NCBI GenBank assembly: GCA_963782055.1
Contig: CAWAIF010000003.1
Span: 5,312,001 to 5,376,000 of the forward strand
Length of the DNA stretch: 64,000 nucleotides
Source: an uncultured delta proteobacterium
GTDB lineage: Bacteria; Myxococcota_A; Polyangia; Polyangiales; Polyangiaceae
Direction of reading: 5' to 3'
The first letter of the stretch is position 1, and the number at the start of each line of letters is the position of its first letter. Below, one piece after another: positions 50,643 to 60,738 of this stretch. A program made the position numbers and the translations under genes. The notes under the pieces are model-generated. The model saw only the letters and a program-made list of their open reading frames with translations, did no database searches and was not told the origin of the DNA.

Positions 50643-51247
50643 AGAAGGAGCTACTCACGAAGCCGTTCCCGCCCGAGGCCATCCGCCAGCGTCAGGGTCA
50701 GGGCGGCAAGACCCTGAACTACGTCGAGGCCCACGCCGTCGTCGCCCGGCTCAATGAAGCGAGTGACTTCGGCTGGAGCTTCGAGGTGGTGCGGCACGAG
50801 GTCCTGGCCGACGAGGTCATCGTGCTCGGCAAGCTCACCATCGACGGCGTCACCAAGATGGCGTTCGGGGGCAGCGGCGTCACCCGCGACCAGTCCGGCA
50901 AGGACGTGTCGCTGGCGGACGACCTGAAGGCCGCAGCGAGCGATTGCATCAAGAAGTGCGCGTCCCTCTTCGGCATCGGCCTGGAGCTCTACGGCGGCGC
51001 GGCAGCTGCACCGGCGCAGGCGCACACCGCCATGACGCGCGGTGGTCCGCCCGAGCCGCTCGACCGCCTCACCAGCCGGCAGCTCGCGGCGATTCATGCG
51101 GCCGCGCGCCGGCGGGGCATCGCGCTGCCTGCGCTGGGCGCGGCGCTCATCGAGCGGACGGGCAAGGACGCGCCGCAGCACCTGACCCGGCGGGAGGCGA
51201 GCGCCCTGCTCGACGAGTGGTCGGGCGCGAACGGGACGCGGTCGTAG
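50639..51247 (+). CDS. Rad52/Rad22-family single-strand annealing protein
   Basis: PFPPEAI, YVEAHAVVARLNE, KAAASDCIKKCASLFGIGLELY. Confidence 0.85.
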   Translation: MKKELLTKPFPPEAIRQRQGQGGKTLNYVEAHAVVARLNEASDFGWSFEVVRHEVLADEVIVLGKLTIDGVTKMAFGGSGVTRDQSGKDVSLADDLKAAASDCIKKCASLFGIGLELYGGAAAAPAQAHTAMTRGGPPEPLDRLTSRQLAAIHAAARRRGIALPALGAALIERTGKDAPQHLTRREASALLDEWSGANGTRS

Positions 51248-51353
51248 AAGAGAGCGGCGGAGGGCGGCGGGGGTCTCCGATGGACGCCTCCGCCGTGGCT
51301 CCAGCCGGCGGTCTCCGGCGCCGAGTCTACGCAAGAGGGCCGTTTGATGTGTT

Positions 51354-51656
51354 TCAGACGCCCTTCAGCGCGATGCGCTTGTTGTCGAACACTGCGACGA
51401 CCTCGAGCTCTCCACCGAGGGCCGTCACGTAGCGTCGTAGCGTCGAGATGAGGTGGTCTTCCCGGCGCTCGAACTTCGACAGCTCGGCCTGCGTCATCTC
51501 GGCGATCTCGCCGACTTCCGCCTGGGTCTTGCCGGCCTCCTCGCGCAGCTCGCGCAGCTCCATCGTGAGAAGCTCTCGGCGGACAGCCGCGTCCACCCGC
51601 GCCCTGCGCGCGGGCGCCATCTTGCCCTTCAACTCGCTCCACTTGTGCGTGGCCAT
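51354..51656 (-). CDS. XRE-family HTH antitoxin
   Basis: LRELREEAGKTQAEV...STLRRYVTALGGELEV. Confidence 0.85.
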   Translation of the reverse strand: MATHKWSELKGKMAPARRARVDAAVRRELLTMELRELREEAGKTQAEVGEIAEMTQAELSKFERREDHLISTLRRYVTALGGELEVVAVFDNKRIALKGV

Positions 51657-51701
51657 AATGCTGCTCCTAAAAATACGTCCGCCGTCTCGGCGGGTCATGG
51701 G

Positions 51702-52064
51702 TCACTTCTTCTTGGGCTTGTTCTGGTCGGTCTCCTCCAGGTATTCGGTCCAGAGCCGTTCGGCGAGGGGGATCATCCTCGCGTAGAAGCGGTCATCTCC
51801 GGTCTTGTCGCCGCCGATGAGCAGGACGGCGTGCCTCGACGGGTCGAAGGCGTACAGGGTTCGCAGAGGGTCACCTTCCGCCTGCGTGCGCAGCTCTCGA
51901 AGGGCGAACGACGCGCCCTTGATGGAGCTGGAGTAGGGGTGCGGCAACGTCACGCCGCGCTCCTCGAGCAGCCCAATCGTGAAGGCCACACGGTCCTGTT
52001 CCGACTCGGAGAGGCCCTCGTACCAGGCCGCAAACGCGTCCGTGACGACCACCTCTACGCCCAT
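51702..52064 (-). CDS. RelE/HigB-like (Gp49) toxin
   Basis: LPHPYS, LRELR, LRTLYAFDP, LLIGGDK; toxin-first order. Confidence 0.88.
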   Translation of the reverse strand: MGVEVVVTDAFAAWYEGLSESEQDRVAFTIGLLEERGVTLPHPYSSSIKGASFALRELRTQAEGDPLRTLYAFDPSRHAVLLIGGDKTGDDRFYARMIPLAERLWTEYLEETDQNKPKKK

Positions 52065-52114
52065 CGCCTACCTCTCCAATCCAAGCGCTCCTGCTTCGGC
52101 ACCGTCGCCTCGGC

Positions 52115-52147
52115 GCACAATATGTGCCTGATGGCATAGTCTGTCAA
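52115..52147 (-). promoter_or_regulatory. Sigma70 promoter of TA operon with overlapping operator palindrome
   Basis: TTGACA-N17-CATATT; GCACA-ATA-TGTGC. Confidence 0.7.
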
Positions 52148-52224
52148 GTGACTGCGCTTCGCGCTTCATCCATTCAACCCCGCGCTGCGGCCCAGGCCGC
52201 GCGCTCCACGAACGAGGTCCCCTC

Positions 52225-53028
52225 ATGGATTCATCGCTCGCCGAGCTGCGCGCTCGGCCGCACACGTCCGTCTCCCAGGTGAAGTGCTACCTGCAGTGCC
52301 CGCGGAAGTACTTCTACCAGTACATCCAGCGGGCCACGCCCGCGTTCCGGCCGCTCGCCCTGGTGTTCGGCACGGCGTGGCACGCCACCATCGGCGAGCA
52401 CCTGCTCCGGTCGCGTCCCGGGTCTCCCGTCCCCGTCGACGAGCTGCGCGCCCACCTGCGCGACGACATCGTCCGCGGCATCGAGGGTGACGGCGTGCCC
52501 GTCCTGTTCGAGGAAGAAGAACAAGACGCCGCCACGGTCGTCGACGTCGCCCTCTCGATGCTGGATGTATTTCTCGCCCGCGTCCCGCTCCCGGAGAAGG
52601 TGCACGGGGTGGAAGTACCTTTCAGCCTCGAGCTCGCACACCCCGTCACGGGGGAGATACATCCGCTGCCGCTCGTCGGCGCGATGGACGCGGTTGTAGA
52701 AATACAACACCACCCCGTCGTCTGGGAGCTCAAGACGGGGAAGAAGAAGTGGTCGGCGGACCAGCTGGACTGGGACCTGCAGCCGACGGCGTACGGGATG
52801 GCGGCGCGGGCGCTCGGCTACGGCGACGCGGGCGTGACGCTGGTTGTTACAACCAAGACGAGGAAGCCCGACGTGCAGGTAGAACAACTGGTCCGGCACC
52901 GGCGCGACGAGAGGGAGCTCGCGGAGGTGGCGCTCGCCGTGCATCACGCGGTGGAGGCCGGGGTGGAGTACCCGCTGCGGGGCTGGCAGTGCCGCACGTG
53001 CGGCTATGCGGACGTGTGCGGATCATGA
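52225..53028 (+). CDS. PD-(D/E)xK (RecB/Cas4-like) nuclease
   Basis: SVSQ..YLQCPRKY, FGTAWH, GAMDAV, ELKTG, QPTAY, CRTCGYADVC. Confidence 0.88.
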   Translation: MDSSLAELRARPHTSVSQVKCYLQCPRKYFYQYIQRATPAFRPLALVFGTAWHATIGEHLLRSRPGSPVPVDELRAHLRDDIVRGIEGDGVPVLFEEEEQDAATVVDVALSMLDVFLARVPLPEKVHGVEVPFSLELAHPVTGEIHPLPLVGAMDAVVEIQHHPVVWELKTGKKKWSADQLDWDLQPTAYGMAARALGYGDAGVTLVVTTKTRKPDVQVEQLVRHRRDERELAEVALAVHHAVEAGVEYPLRGWQCRTCGYADVCGS

Positions 53029-53270
53029 GCTGGCCGAAGGAGGACATCTTCGCGGTCACGCTGGACGGCAAGGTGTTGCTCAACGCCCGCGCGCTCGACG
53101 GCGTGGACCTCGGCGAGCTCGCGAAGAAGAAGAACATCTTCGTCGGCGTTGTTCTGACCAAGCGGGAGGTGCGGAGCCTCAGCGAGTCCTTCTACGACGC
53201 CTCGTCGGAGGCGGCGGCGGTCATCGTGGGCGCGCGGCGGAAGAAGAAGCTCAACAAGAAGAAGAAGTAG
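53025..53270 (+). CDS. Small hypothetical protein
   Basis: ATGA overlap; good codon usage. Confidence 0.5.
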   Translation: MSWPKEDIFAVTLDGKVLLNARALDGVDLGELAKKKNIFVGVVLTKREVRSLSESFYDASSEAAAVIVGARRKKKLNKKKK

Positions 53271-53275
53271 AACCC

Positions 53276-53608
53276 CTACTTCTTCCGCGCCGCCGTCAGC
53301 TCCTTCACCAGCTTGCGCAGCGCGCCCGGCGGCAGTCCGCGCGTGAGCTCCAGGAGCTTCGCACGGTCACCTTCCCTTGGGTCGGCGACGAGGTCTGCGA
53401 CAAGGACGCCGAGCCCATCGGCGATGACCTTCAGGGTCGCGACCGTCGGCATGACCAGGCCCGCCTCGATGTTCGAGAGGTGGCCCTTCGAGCCCAGCTC
53501 CGAGGTGTACGCGAGCGCCTCCTGGGTCAGGCCCGCCTCCTCGCGCAGCGCCCGGATGCGCCGCCCGATGGTGAGGGCGAGAGCGTCCGGCTTGGTGCGG
53601 CGCGGCAT
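53276..53608 (-). CDS. XRE-family transcriptional regulator
   Basis: IGRRIRALREEAGLTQEALA...LSNIEAG. Confidence 0.88.
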   Translation of the reverse strand: MPRRTKPDALALTIGRRIRALREEAGLTQEALAYTSELGSKGHLSNIEAGLVMPTVATLKVIADGLGVLVADLVADPREGDRAKLLELTRGLPPGALRKLVKELTAARKK

Positions 53609-53643
53609 GACGGTCGACCGTACGAGGGCAGGCACACGCCGTA

Positions 53644-53659
53644 GTTTGTCGTGACAAAC
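53644..53659. promoter_or_regulatory. Palindromic operator candidate
   Basis: GTTTGTC-GT-GACAAAC between XRE gene and divergent ORFs. Confidence 0.55.
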
Positions 53660-54073
53660 CACTCCCAGCTGGCGACAATGAAAGGGACAACATCATGGTG
53701 AATCTCCCGCTCGGCATCCGCGCACTCGTACTAGTCCGACGCCACTCCGCGACCGCGACGGCCATGGGTCTGGCCACGCTCGTGCTCGTGACTCTCCCGG
53801 CCACGGGCTGCAAGAAGCTCCTTTCGAGGTTGTCGGAAGGGCACGCAGACGCCGGAGACGCGGGGCCGGTCGGGCCCGTCGTCGACTTCGTGGGAAGGTG
53901 CGCGAACGAGACTGCAGGCACCCCGGACACACTCGTCGCGGCGGCTCCCAGCTTGAAGTCGTGAATCACGGTCGCCGGACGGCCGAGGTGAGCCGGCGCT
54001 GCGCGCGGCCGCCGACGGCGCCACAAATCAATGCGAATCGCAGGACACCGAAAGGTTGCTTAGGAGGTGACAC

Positions 54074-54760
54074 GTGACGAGAAGTACGCCGATAGCACGA
54101 GCGCTGGTGGCTGCCGCCACTGGCCTACTCCTTCTGCCCGGCTGCGGAAAGTTGTCGAAAGCGGACGCGACGAGAACGCTGCAGGCTGGCGAGTATGACC
54201 ACGTCTACTGCTACATGCCGGACATGTCAGTGCACAGCGAGCCCGACGCACATGGCAGCGCCCGGTACTCGTTCGACACGAAGAACGTGAAGTGCCTGAA
54301 CGAACTCACGCGCGCTGGCCTGCTCAAGCAGGACGAATGTCTAAAGCATCACGACAGCGAGGCGGACCTCGCCCGCCTCAGAAGCCGCGGACTCCTGGAT
54401 GCAAACAACAAGCCGACCGTGGATGGGAATGCGACGCTGGACGAGGCCACGAGGGCTTACGTGAAAGAGGCAATAGAGCTTGCCGTGTCGTGCCTCTCGT
54501 ACGCATACATCCCCGGCGGCGGTGCGCGCGTTCACGAGCAAACCTTCGAGGTCGAGTGTGGCAGTGGAAAGGTCGACACCGTGAGCTCGGTAACGACCGC
54601 AGGGAGTACCGCGACCGCCAACTTCACCCTCACGGTGACGCGAAACGAGGCGCTATCGAGGTCGCTGCCGGATTGTTCGCTACACGACAAATATCACGAC
54701 GCCCAGCGCCGGCAGTTTCGTCGAGGCGCAGACGGCAAGTGGGAACTGGCCCCCGAGTAG
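54074..54760 (+). CDS. Cys-containing lipoprotein
   Basis: AGGAGG RBS; LLLLPGC lipobox. Confidence 0.7.
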   Translation: MTRSTPIARALVAAATGLLLLPGCGKLSKADATRTLQAGEYDHVYCYMPDMSVHSEPDAHGSARYSFDTKNVKCLNELTRAGLLKQDECLKHHDSEADLARLRSRGLLDANNKPTVDGNATLDEATRAYVKEAIELAVSCLSYAYIPGGGARVHEQTFEVECGSGKVDTVSSVTTAGSTATANFTLTVTRNEALSRSLPDCSLHDKYHDAQRRQFRRGADGKWELAPE

Positions 54761-54796
54761 ACGAGCGAACGCGTCCATGACTGAAGGAGAACGCCC

Positions 54797-55370
54797 ATGG
54801 CTTGTTGGTACGTTCAATATCCAGGTGCCGCGCCGGTTGGGCCCATCGATGCCGCCGAGCTTCGGGCGGCGTGGGGTCGGCAGGCCGCCCCGGCCGGTAC
54901 GATGGTGGCCGCCGAGGGGACTTCCCAGTGGGTGCCGTTTCACTCGGTCGCGGAACTTGTAGGAGCGGCCCCTGTAGTGGCAACGGCGGGCGTTTGCGGC
55001 CCGCCGAGAAAGCGCAACGCGGCAGTCCGCGCCGCGGGCGTCACCGCCGTCATCGGAGTCGCCGTGCTACTTATCGGCGGCGGCGCCTACTGGCTGTTTG
55101 TCGCCTCAACAATTGAGTTCGAGCGCGCCCAGACTCATGACTAGGACTGCCGCAAGCTTCGGGAGAGCCTGCGAGGCTTCAAGCTCACGGGGCCGTTGAG
55201 TGTCGCGGACGACTGCAGAGTCATGGGCGAGAACTGTGCGTTCACGAGCCCAGCGTCCTCTGCGGACGTGGTGAAGAAGTTTGCGTGCACGGACATCACC
55301 GCGAGCGATGGCTACTATTGCTGCACCGCAACGGAGAGCAAGTCGCGGCCAGATCGAGTAAGGGAAGAGT
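54797..55370 (+). pseudogene. GYF_2 (DUF4339)-like membrane protein with premature TAG at 55142-55144
   Basis: WYV...VGPIDAAEL...W..F..V.EL, TM helix; Cys-rich frame continues past the stop to 55370. Confidence 0.55.
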
Positions 55371-55567
55371 AGCCGCCGCCGACCAGGCGGCGCCAAACTC
55401 TTTGTCGTCCCGAACCGCGATTCGCCCGCGAGAATTCGGGCCGCGCCAACCCCACGTGCTGAGCGACAATTACGTCTCCCCAGCGACGACGATTAGATCG
55501 CCCCATCCCGAGAGGCGTGGTTGGTCGGCCAGGCGCCGGCCCTCTCCGGGATGGAGAGGCGGTAGCC

Positions 55568-57061
55568 GTGCGGCCGGTGAGCGACGCGCAAGTGAGGAAG
55601 CTGATGGAGGAAATGAGCAAGCACGGGCAGGTCGGCCGTGCCGCCTTGAAGGCGGACATGGACCGAAAGACGGCCCGCAAGTACGTGTCGGCGGGCAAGC
55701 TGCCCTCCGAGATGGCGGCGCCGCATGACTGGCGCACGAGGCCCGATCCTTTCGAGGAGCACTGGCCGGAGGTCGAGCAGCGGCTGGTCGAGACACCCGA
55801 GCTCGAGGCCAAGACGCTCTTCGAGTGGCTGACGGACAGCTACCCCGGTCGCTACGAGCCGGGGCAGCTACGGACGATGCAGCGGCACGTGCGGGCATGG
55901 CGGGCGGAGCGCGGGCCCGACAAGCTCGTGGTGCTCGCGCAGGCGCACCGGCCGGGCGAGGCGGCGCAGACCGACTTCACGTGGGCGAAGGAGCTGTCGA
56001 TCACGATCGCCGGCGAGGTCTTCGCGCACATGCTCTGCGACTTCGTGCTGCCGTACTCCAACTGGCAGTGGGCCACCGTGTGCCAGAGCGAGTCGATGCT
56101 GGCGCTGCGCCGCGGGGTGCAGCGGGCGCTGTTCCAGCTCGGGCGCGTGCCGCGCTACCACCAGACGGACAACTCCACGGCGGCGACGCACGACGTGCCC
56201 CCGGGGACGCCGGGGGAGAGGCGGCGGTTCAACGACGAGTACCTCGCGTTGATGCGCCACTTCGGCATGACGCCCAGGACGATCGAGGTCGGCGAGAAGG
56301 AGCAAAACGGCGACGTCGAGGCGAGCAACGGCGCGCTCAAGCGGCGGCTCGAGCAAGCTCTGCTCGTGCGCGCGAGCCGCGACTTCGAGAGCGTCGAGGC
56401 GTACCAGGCCTTCATCGACGGCGTCGTGCACAAGGCCAACCAGGCGCGCGGCCGGCGCGTCGCCGAGGACCTCGAGGCGATGCGCGAGCTGTCGGCGACC
56501 AAGCTCCCCGAGTTCCGCGAGGAGCCGGTCAAGGTCAGCGAGTGGAGCACCGTGCGCGTCAAGGGCTGCGCCTACTCGGTGCCGTCGAGGCTCATCGGCG
56601 AGCTCGTCCGTGTCCGCATCTTCGAGGAGCGCATCGAGGTGAGGTACGCTGGCAAACTCGAGCTCGCTTGCGAGCGTCTTCGCGGCGACCATCGCCATCG
56701 CATCGACTACCGGCACGTCATCTGGTCGCTCGTGCAGAAGCCCGGCGGCTTCGCCAGGTACGTCTACCGCGAGGAGATGTTCCCGTCGCTCGTCTTCCGC
56801 AAGGCGTACGACGCCATCCAGTCGCACGACGCCGGCACGCGCGGCGACCTCGAGTACCTGCGCATCCTGCACGTGGCCGCGAGCACGATGGAGGCCGATG
56901 TCCAGGCGGCGCTCGAGCTGCTGCTCGCCGGTGGGCTCGCCGTGACCGCCGACGCCGTCAAGGCGGTCGTCGGCCCGGCCCGCATCGAGGTGCCCGCGCT
57001 CGCTCCGCACGTGGTGGACCTCGCGAGCTACGACACGCTGTTCGAGGAGGTGGGGACGTGA
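55568..57061 (+). CDS. istA: IS21 transposase IstA
   Basis: MDRKTARKY, PGEAAQTDFT, TDNSTAA, NGDVE, YSVPSRLIG. Confidence 0.92.
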   Translation: MRPVSDAQVRKLMEEMSKHGQVGRAALKADMDRKTARKYVSAGKLPSEMAAPHDWRTRPDPFEEHWPEVEQRLVETPELEAKTLFEWLTDSYPGRYEPGQLRTMQRHVRAWRAERGPDKLVVLAQAHRPGEAAQTDFTWAKELSITIAGEVFAHMLCDFVLPYSNWQWATVCQSESMLALRRGVQRALFQLGRVPRYHQTDNSTAATHDVPPGTPGERRRFNDEYLALMRHFGMTPRTIEVGEKEQNGDVEASNGALKRRLEQALLVRASRDFESVEAYQAFIDGVVHKANQARGRRVAEDLEAMRELSATKLPEFREEPVKVSEWSTVRVKGCAYSVPSRLIGELVRVRIFEERIEVRYAGKLELACERLRGDHRHRIDYRHVIWSLVQKPGGFARYVYREEMFPSLVFRKAYDAIQSHDAGTRGDLEYLRILHVAASTMEADVQAALELLLAGGLAVTADAVKAVVGPARIEVPALAPHVVDLASYDTLFEEVGT

Positions 57062-57906
57062 GCGCCGTCGCCACCCCCGCATCGCCCGCCTCCTCACTCG
57101 CCATGATGCTGCGCGCGCTCAAGCTGCCCGCGTTCCAGCGCTACGGCGAGGAGGTGGCGCACAAGGCCGAGCGCGAGGGCTGGTCCTTCGGACAGTACCT
57201 GCTCCACCTCTCCGAGCTCGAGCTCCAGGAGCGTCGCCGCCGCCGCATCGAGCGCAACCAGAAGCACTCGGAGCTGCCGCTCGAGAAGACCCTCGCGACG
57301 CTCGATCGCGGGCGTCTGTCGCCCAAGGTCCAGAAGCTGCTCCCCGTCCTCTGCCAGGGCGGCTTCCTCGAGCGCGGCGACAACGTCCTCGCCTTCGGGC
57401 TGCCCGGCCGAGGCAAGACGCACCTGGTCTGCGCCATCGGCCACGAGCTGGTGCAGCGCGGCTACCGCGTGCTCTTCACCGCCACCTTCGCCCTCGTGCA
57501 GCGCCTGCTCGCCGCCAAGCGCGACCTGCGCCTCGAGCGCGAGCTGGACTCCCTCGACGGCTTCGATGCCGTCATCCTCGATGACCTCGGCTACGTGCAA
57601 CAGAGCCGCGAGGAGATGGAGGTCCTCTTCACCTTCCTCGCTCAGCGCTACGAGAGAAAGAGCGTGGTCATCACCAGCAACCTGGTCTTCAGCGAGTGGG
57701 ACCGCATCTTCAAGGACCCCATGACCACCGCCGCCGCCATCGACCGCCTCGTGCATCACTCGGTCATCCTGGAGATGACCGGCGGGAGCGTGAGGGCGGA
57801 TCAAGCGAAGAAGAGAGGAGCACCGACAGCCTCGACGACGACAACTACCCCAGCGACAACTACGAACGGAACGCAGTCAGGTAAGGACCTGGATGGGGAG
57901 ATGTAA
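57058..57906 (+). CDS. istB: IS21 helper ATPase IstB
   Basis: GLPGRGKT, ILDDLGY, TSNL, AAIDRLVHH. Confidence 0.93.
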   Translation: MSAVATPASPASSLAMMLRALKLPAFQRYGEEVAHKAEREGWSFGQYLLHLSELELQERRRRRIERNQKHSELPLEKTLATLDRGRLSPKVQKLLPVLCQGGFLERGDNVLAFGLPGRGKTHLVCAIGHELVQRGYRVLFTATFALVQRLLAAKRDLRLERELDSLDGFDAVILDDLGYVQQSREEMEVLFTFLAQRYERKSVVITSNLVFSEWDRIFKDPMTTAAAIDRLVHHSVILEMTGGSVRADQAKKRGAPTASTTTTTPATTTNGTQSGKDLDGEM

Positions 57907-57966
57907 TTGTCGTTGAGGGGAGAACGTAGTTGACGTCAGCCACCCACGCTGCCGTACGCTGGGCTC

Positions 57967-58583
57967 GTGGACCCCATCGGCATCTTCCCGTTCGGCCGCC
58001 CCGTCCTGCCTCGGCCTCCCTCCGCGGCGACGAAGCGGCGAAGCGGCGGGTGTTTCTCCTGGGCGCCTACCCAAGCGCGCTGCACGTCGCGTGGCGCCCG
58101 CCTGCGCGCAAGCCCGTCAGGGCGATGGCGGTCGACAACGAGCCCACGCCGTTCTGGAACGGCGCGGATGAGGATGAGCGCATCGCCCAGTGGAAGGCTG
58201 CCGTCGGGTCCCGGGACGGAGAGTGGGGCGAGGTCACCGGCGTGGGCGACCTGAACGGCTCTTCGGGCACCTGGGTCGATGACAACGTGCTCGCTCCGCT
58301 CGGGGTGGGTCGGGACGCGGCGTGCATCACCGATTGCATCGACACGTACTTCGCCAGCGAGGGCGGCGCCGCCCGCGTGGCCGACACCTGCGTGCCGTTC
58401 GTGAAGACCGTCGGGCTACCGGTGCCGCGCCTCGCGCCGCACCCCTCGGAGGGCGCCATCGTCGACGGGGCGCCGCACGCGCTCCGGCTCCTCGACCTTG
58501 AGCTCGCGCAAGGGCACGTCGCCGTGCCAGAACGGGACCGAGGACTCCGCGGTGCCGCGCGCGTTCACGGCTTCCTCTGGTAG
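57967..58583 (+). pseudogene. Frameshifted hypothetical gene (possibly UDG-fold)
   Basis: FPFGRPV.../VFLLGAYPSALHV join after removing one 8-bp repeat at 58031-58046. Confidence 0.55.
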
Positions 58584-59404
58584 TGCCCCTGCTGGGGACC
58601 GCCCCCGTGAGGAAACCACGTGTCCAGGAAGCCGGAGACGCCCATGTACCACTCGACGCCGCCCGAATCGTCGCGCCATACCGCCTGCACGTCGTCCAGC
58701 GGAACACAGAGGTTGAGGCCGCTCCTCAGCCGGAAGTGAACGGCGTTGGCTTTCGCGCTGAAGTCGAGCAGCGTGACCGGTTCCGGCAACGTGCGCACAC
58801 CCGGCGCTTGGTGGACCACGCACACCTTGCTGTAGTGCTCGCCCGGGATGCTCTCCAAGAGGACGAGCACCCTCCGAACGTGGGCGTTCATATACATCGG
58901 CATGACCTCCGGCGTCAGGGGAACGTTGTCGTCATCCACGCGCACGTAGAACTGCCACGCGTTCGCGCCCTCGGGCTCGCCACTCCCATTGAGGGTGTAG
59001 AACTGCGCGCCGACGAGCGCGTTGGGGTAAGCCTCCACGTTCACAGCGAGCATCTCGCGCCCGTCCTTCCACGGGATGACGTGCGGCACGGCAACGGGGG
59101 ACGGCCTGCAACGGTCACGCGCAATGTGCTCGTATGCGCGCCGAATGTCCGCGATGCGGTCCGGGGCGAGCCCGGCGAGGTTGGGGCAGCGCGTGGCCGG
59201 ATTCTCGAACGCGCCGACGAGTAGGACGCCGCCGACGTGATTGGCCAGCGCGGCGACGTCCTTCGCCAGCTCCCACCAGTGCTGCGGTTTGACGTCGCCC
59301 TTGTAGTCGAGCGTCGGCCCCTCGCGCTCGTCGTGCGTCGCTTCGACCTGTGCGCGCGTCGTGATGCGCCGGTTGATGACGCCGGTTGTCACGCGCGGGC
59401 TCAC
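58565..59404 (-). CDS. Schlafen/AlbA_2-domain protein
   Basis: EGPTLDYK...LAKDVAALANHVGGVLLVG...FYVR. Confidence 0.8.
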   Translation of the reverse strand: MSPRVTTGVINRRITTRAQVEATHDEREGPTLDYKGDVKPQHWWELAKDVAALANHVGGVLLVGAFENPATRCPNLAGLAPDRIADIRRAYEHIARDRCRPSPVAVPHVIPWKDGREMLAVNVEAYPNALVGAQFYTLNGSGEPEGANAWQFYVRVDDDNVPLTPEVMPMYMNAHVRRVLVLLESIPGEHYSKVCVVHQAPGVRTLPEPVTLLDFSAKANAVHFRLRSGLNLCVPLDDVQAVWRDDSGGVEWYMGVSGFLDTWFPHGGGPQQGHYQRKP

Positions 59405-59697
59405 GGCTCGGGCTCCGCGTGGGCGCGGCGCTTCGGGCCGAGGTCCGTCACGACCCCCACAAGGTCGTCTTGGTTTGGCGAGTCGTCGAGCCCTTCGGCG
59501 AAGGTGAGGAACATCTCCCCCACCTCCCCGCACGCCTGCGGGGTCGTACTGCTCGCGAGAGTCCTGAAGTAGCAGGCGTTCGCGTCGGTACCGGCGGCGA
59601 CGGGTGCCGGGTTCGAACGCGTTGCAGGTCGTGCGGCCGGGCCGCTCGGCCGCGTCGTGCGGAGCTTGAAGGGTCGCGGTTGGTTGTTGCTGCTCAT
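59401..59697 (-). CDS. Hypothetical protein
   Basis: 4-bp overlaps on both sides. Confidence 0.45.
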   Translation of the reverse strand: MSSNNQPRPFKLRTTRPSGPAARPATRSNPAPVAAGTDANACYFRTLASSTTPQACGEVGEMFLTFAEGLDDSPNQDDLVGVVTDLGPKRRAHAEPEP

Positions 59698-60344
59698 GGT
59701 GTCGGCGTTCCTCCGTCTGTCGGCTTCCTCTCGAGTCTTCTCCCATCAATGTCAGGCGTCGGGGCTTGGTGCACAGCTGCCGACACCGCAACGCCGACCT
59801 GAAGCAGCGGGATGACGACGAGCGCAAGCGTGTAGATTTTGAGCCACTTGGTGTGGTCGTTGAGCGCCTTCGCGGCCGCGACCTGCTCGCTCGCGAGCGC
59901 AGTGGCGCGGTCGGCGATCTCCTTGCTGGCCTTCGCGATGGCCACTTGGTCTCGCGCGAGCCGCGCGGACTCTGCGTCGTTCGCGGCGCGGCGCGCCTCG
60001 AAGTACTCCTCGCGCGCGTCCTCGTACTCCGCTCGCGCTTCCTCCTCGGCTAGCCTCGCCTGCTCGCGACGATGCGGGAGCGCGGGCCCGTTCTCGTCGC
60101 TTGCGACGAGCGTCCTACCGCCCGCTGTTCGGAACCTCCCCGAGATAGGCTCGAAGCGGCTCGCGGCCAAATGCTCGCCCGCGGGCTGCGTGCGTGTACT
60201 CGTAACCCATCGGGCAAGCACGGCCCTCTCGTGTGCCGCTCGCGCATCGCGGAGCTTCCTCCGTGCCGCTTCATGGGCTTCGCGCGCCGTGCGCACGTCG
60301 CTCGTTGCCAGCTCCGGTTCCTTCGCCTCGAGCTCTTCGCTCAT
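59694..60344 (-). CDS. Coiled-coil protein with C-terminal TM helix
   Basis: MSEELEAKEP start overlapping upstream ORF; IYTLALVVIPLLQVGVAV. Confidence 0.55.
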   Translation of the reverse strand: MSEELEAKEPELATSDVRTAREAHEAARRKLRDARAAHERAVLARWVTSTRTQPAGEHLAASRFEPISGRFRTAGGRTLVASDENGPALPHRREQARLAEEEARAEYEDAREEYFEARRAANDAESARLARDQVAIAKASKEIADRATALASEQVAAAKALNDHTKWLKIYTLALVVIPLLQVGVAVSAAVHQAPTPDIDGRRLERKPTDGGTPTP

Positions 60345-60526
60345 GGGCGCGCCTCGGGCGGCGTCGCCAGCGCGTCTACGGTGGCGGCGGCGAGCAGTGC
60401 GGCGCGGCGTTGGCGCTCGCCGTGAGGCTCCCACGCGTAGGCGTTGCTCGCGTCGAGCACGTCGGCCAGGAGCCGGCGCGCGGCGGTGCGGCGGTCGGCG
60501 TACGTGTGGGTCGGGGTCGTGTGCAT
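60341..60526 (-). CDS. Small hypothetical protein
   Basis: First ORF of coupled leftward operon. Confidence 0.4.
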   Translation of the reverse strand: MHTTPTHTYADRRTAARRLLADVLDASNAYAWEPHGERQRRAALLAAATVDALATPPEARP

Positions 60527-60738
60527 TGCGCAAGTATCCTAGTCCTCCTGCTGCGACTGAAAAAGCGACGCCAGTCCGCCGCACGAGGTCGGCGCGCCAC
60601 TCCGTCGGCACGTCGCCGGCTGCGGGCCAATGGAGGTTCCGCTGGCCCGCCCCTCCGCAAGTGCTAATGAGGAGCCGCCCCGCGTCGACGGTAATCGACC
60701 CGGGCGGGCTCTCAAGGGAGAGCGCCGGACCCAGGTAC

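Larger units (their letters stand above)
55457..57942 (+). mobile_element. Second, unrelated IS21-family element, 6-bp TSD CCCACG (55451-55456, 57943-57948)
   Basis: TG...CA ends, imperfect IR with ACGT(T)CTCCCC, exact TSD. Confidence 0.9.

Noticed and set aside
52225..53028. cas4 / CRISPR-Cas locus
   Set aside because: No array or other cas genes; context is a recombination module
59839..60738. N-terminal extension of the 1007-aa polymerase ORF
   Set aside because: Antisense shadow of the minus-strand operon; start at 60739 preferred
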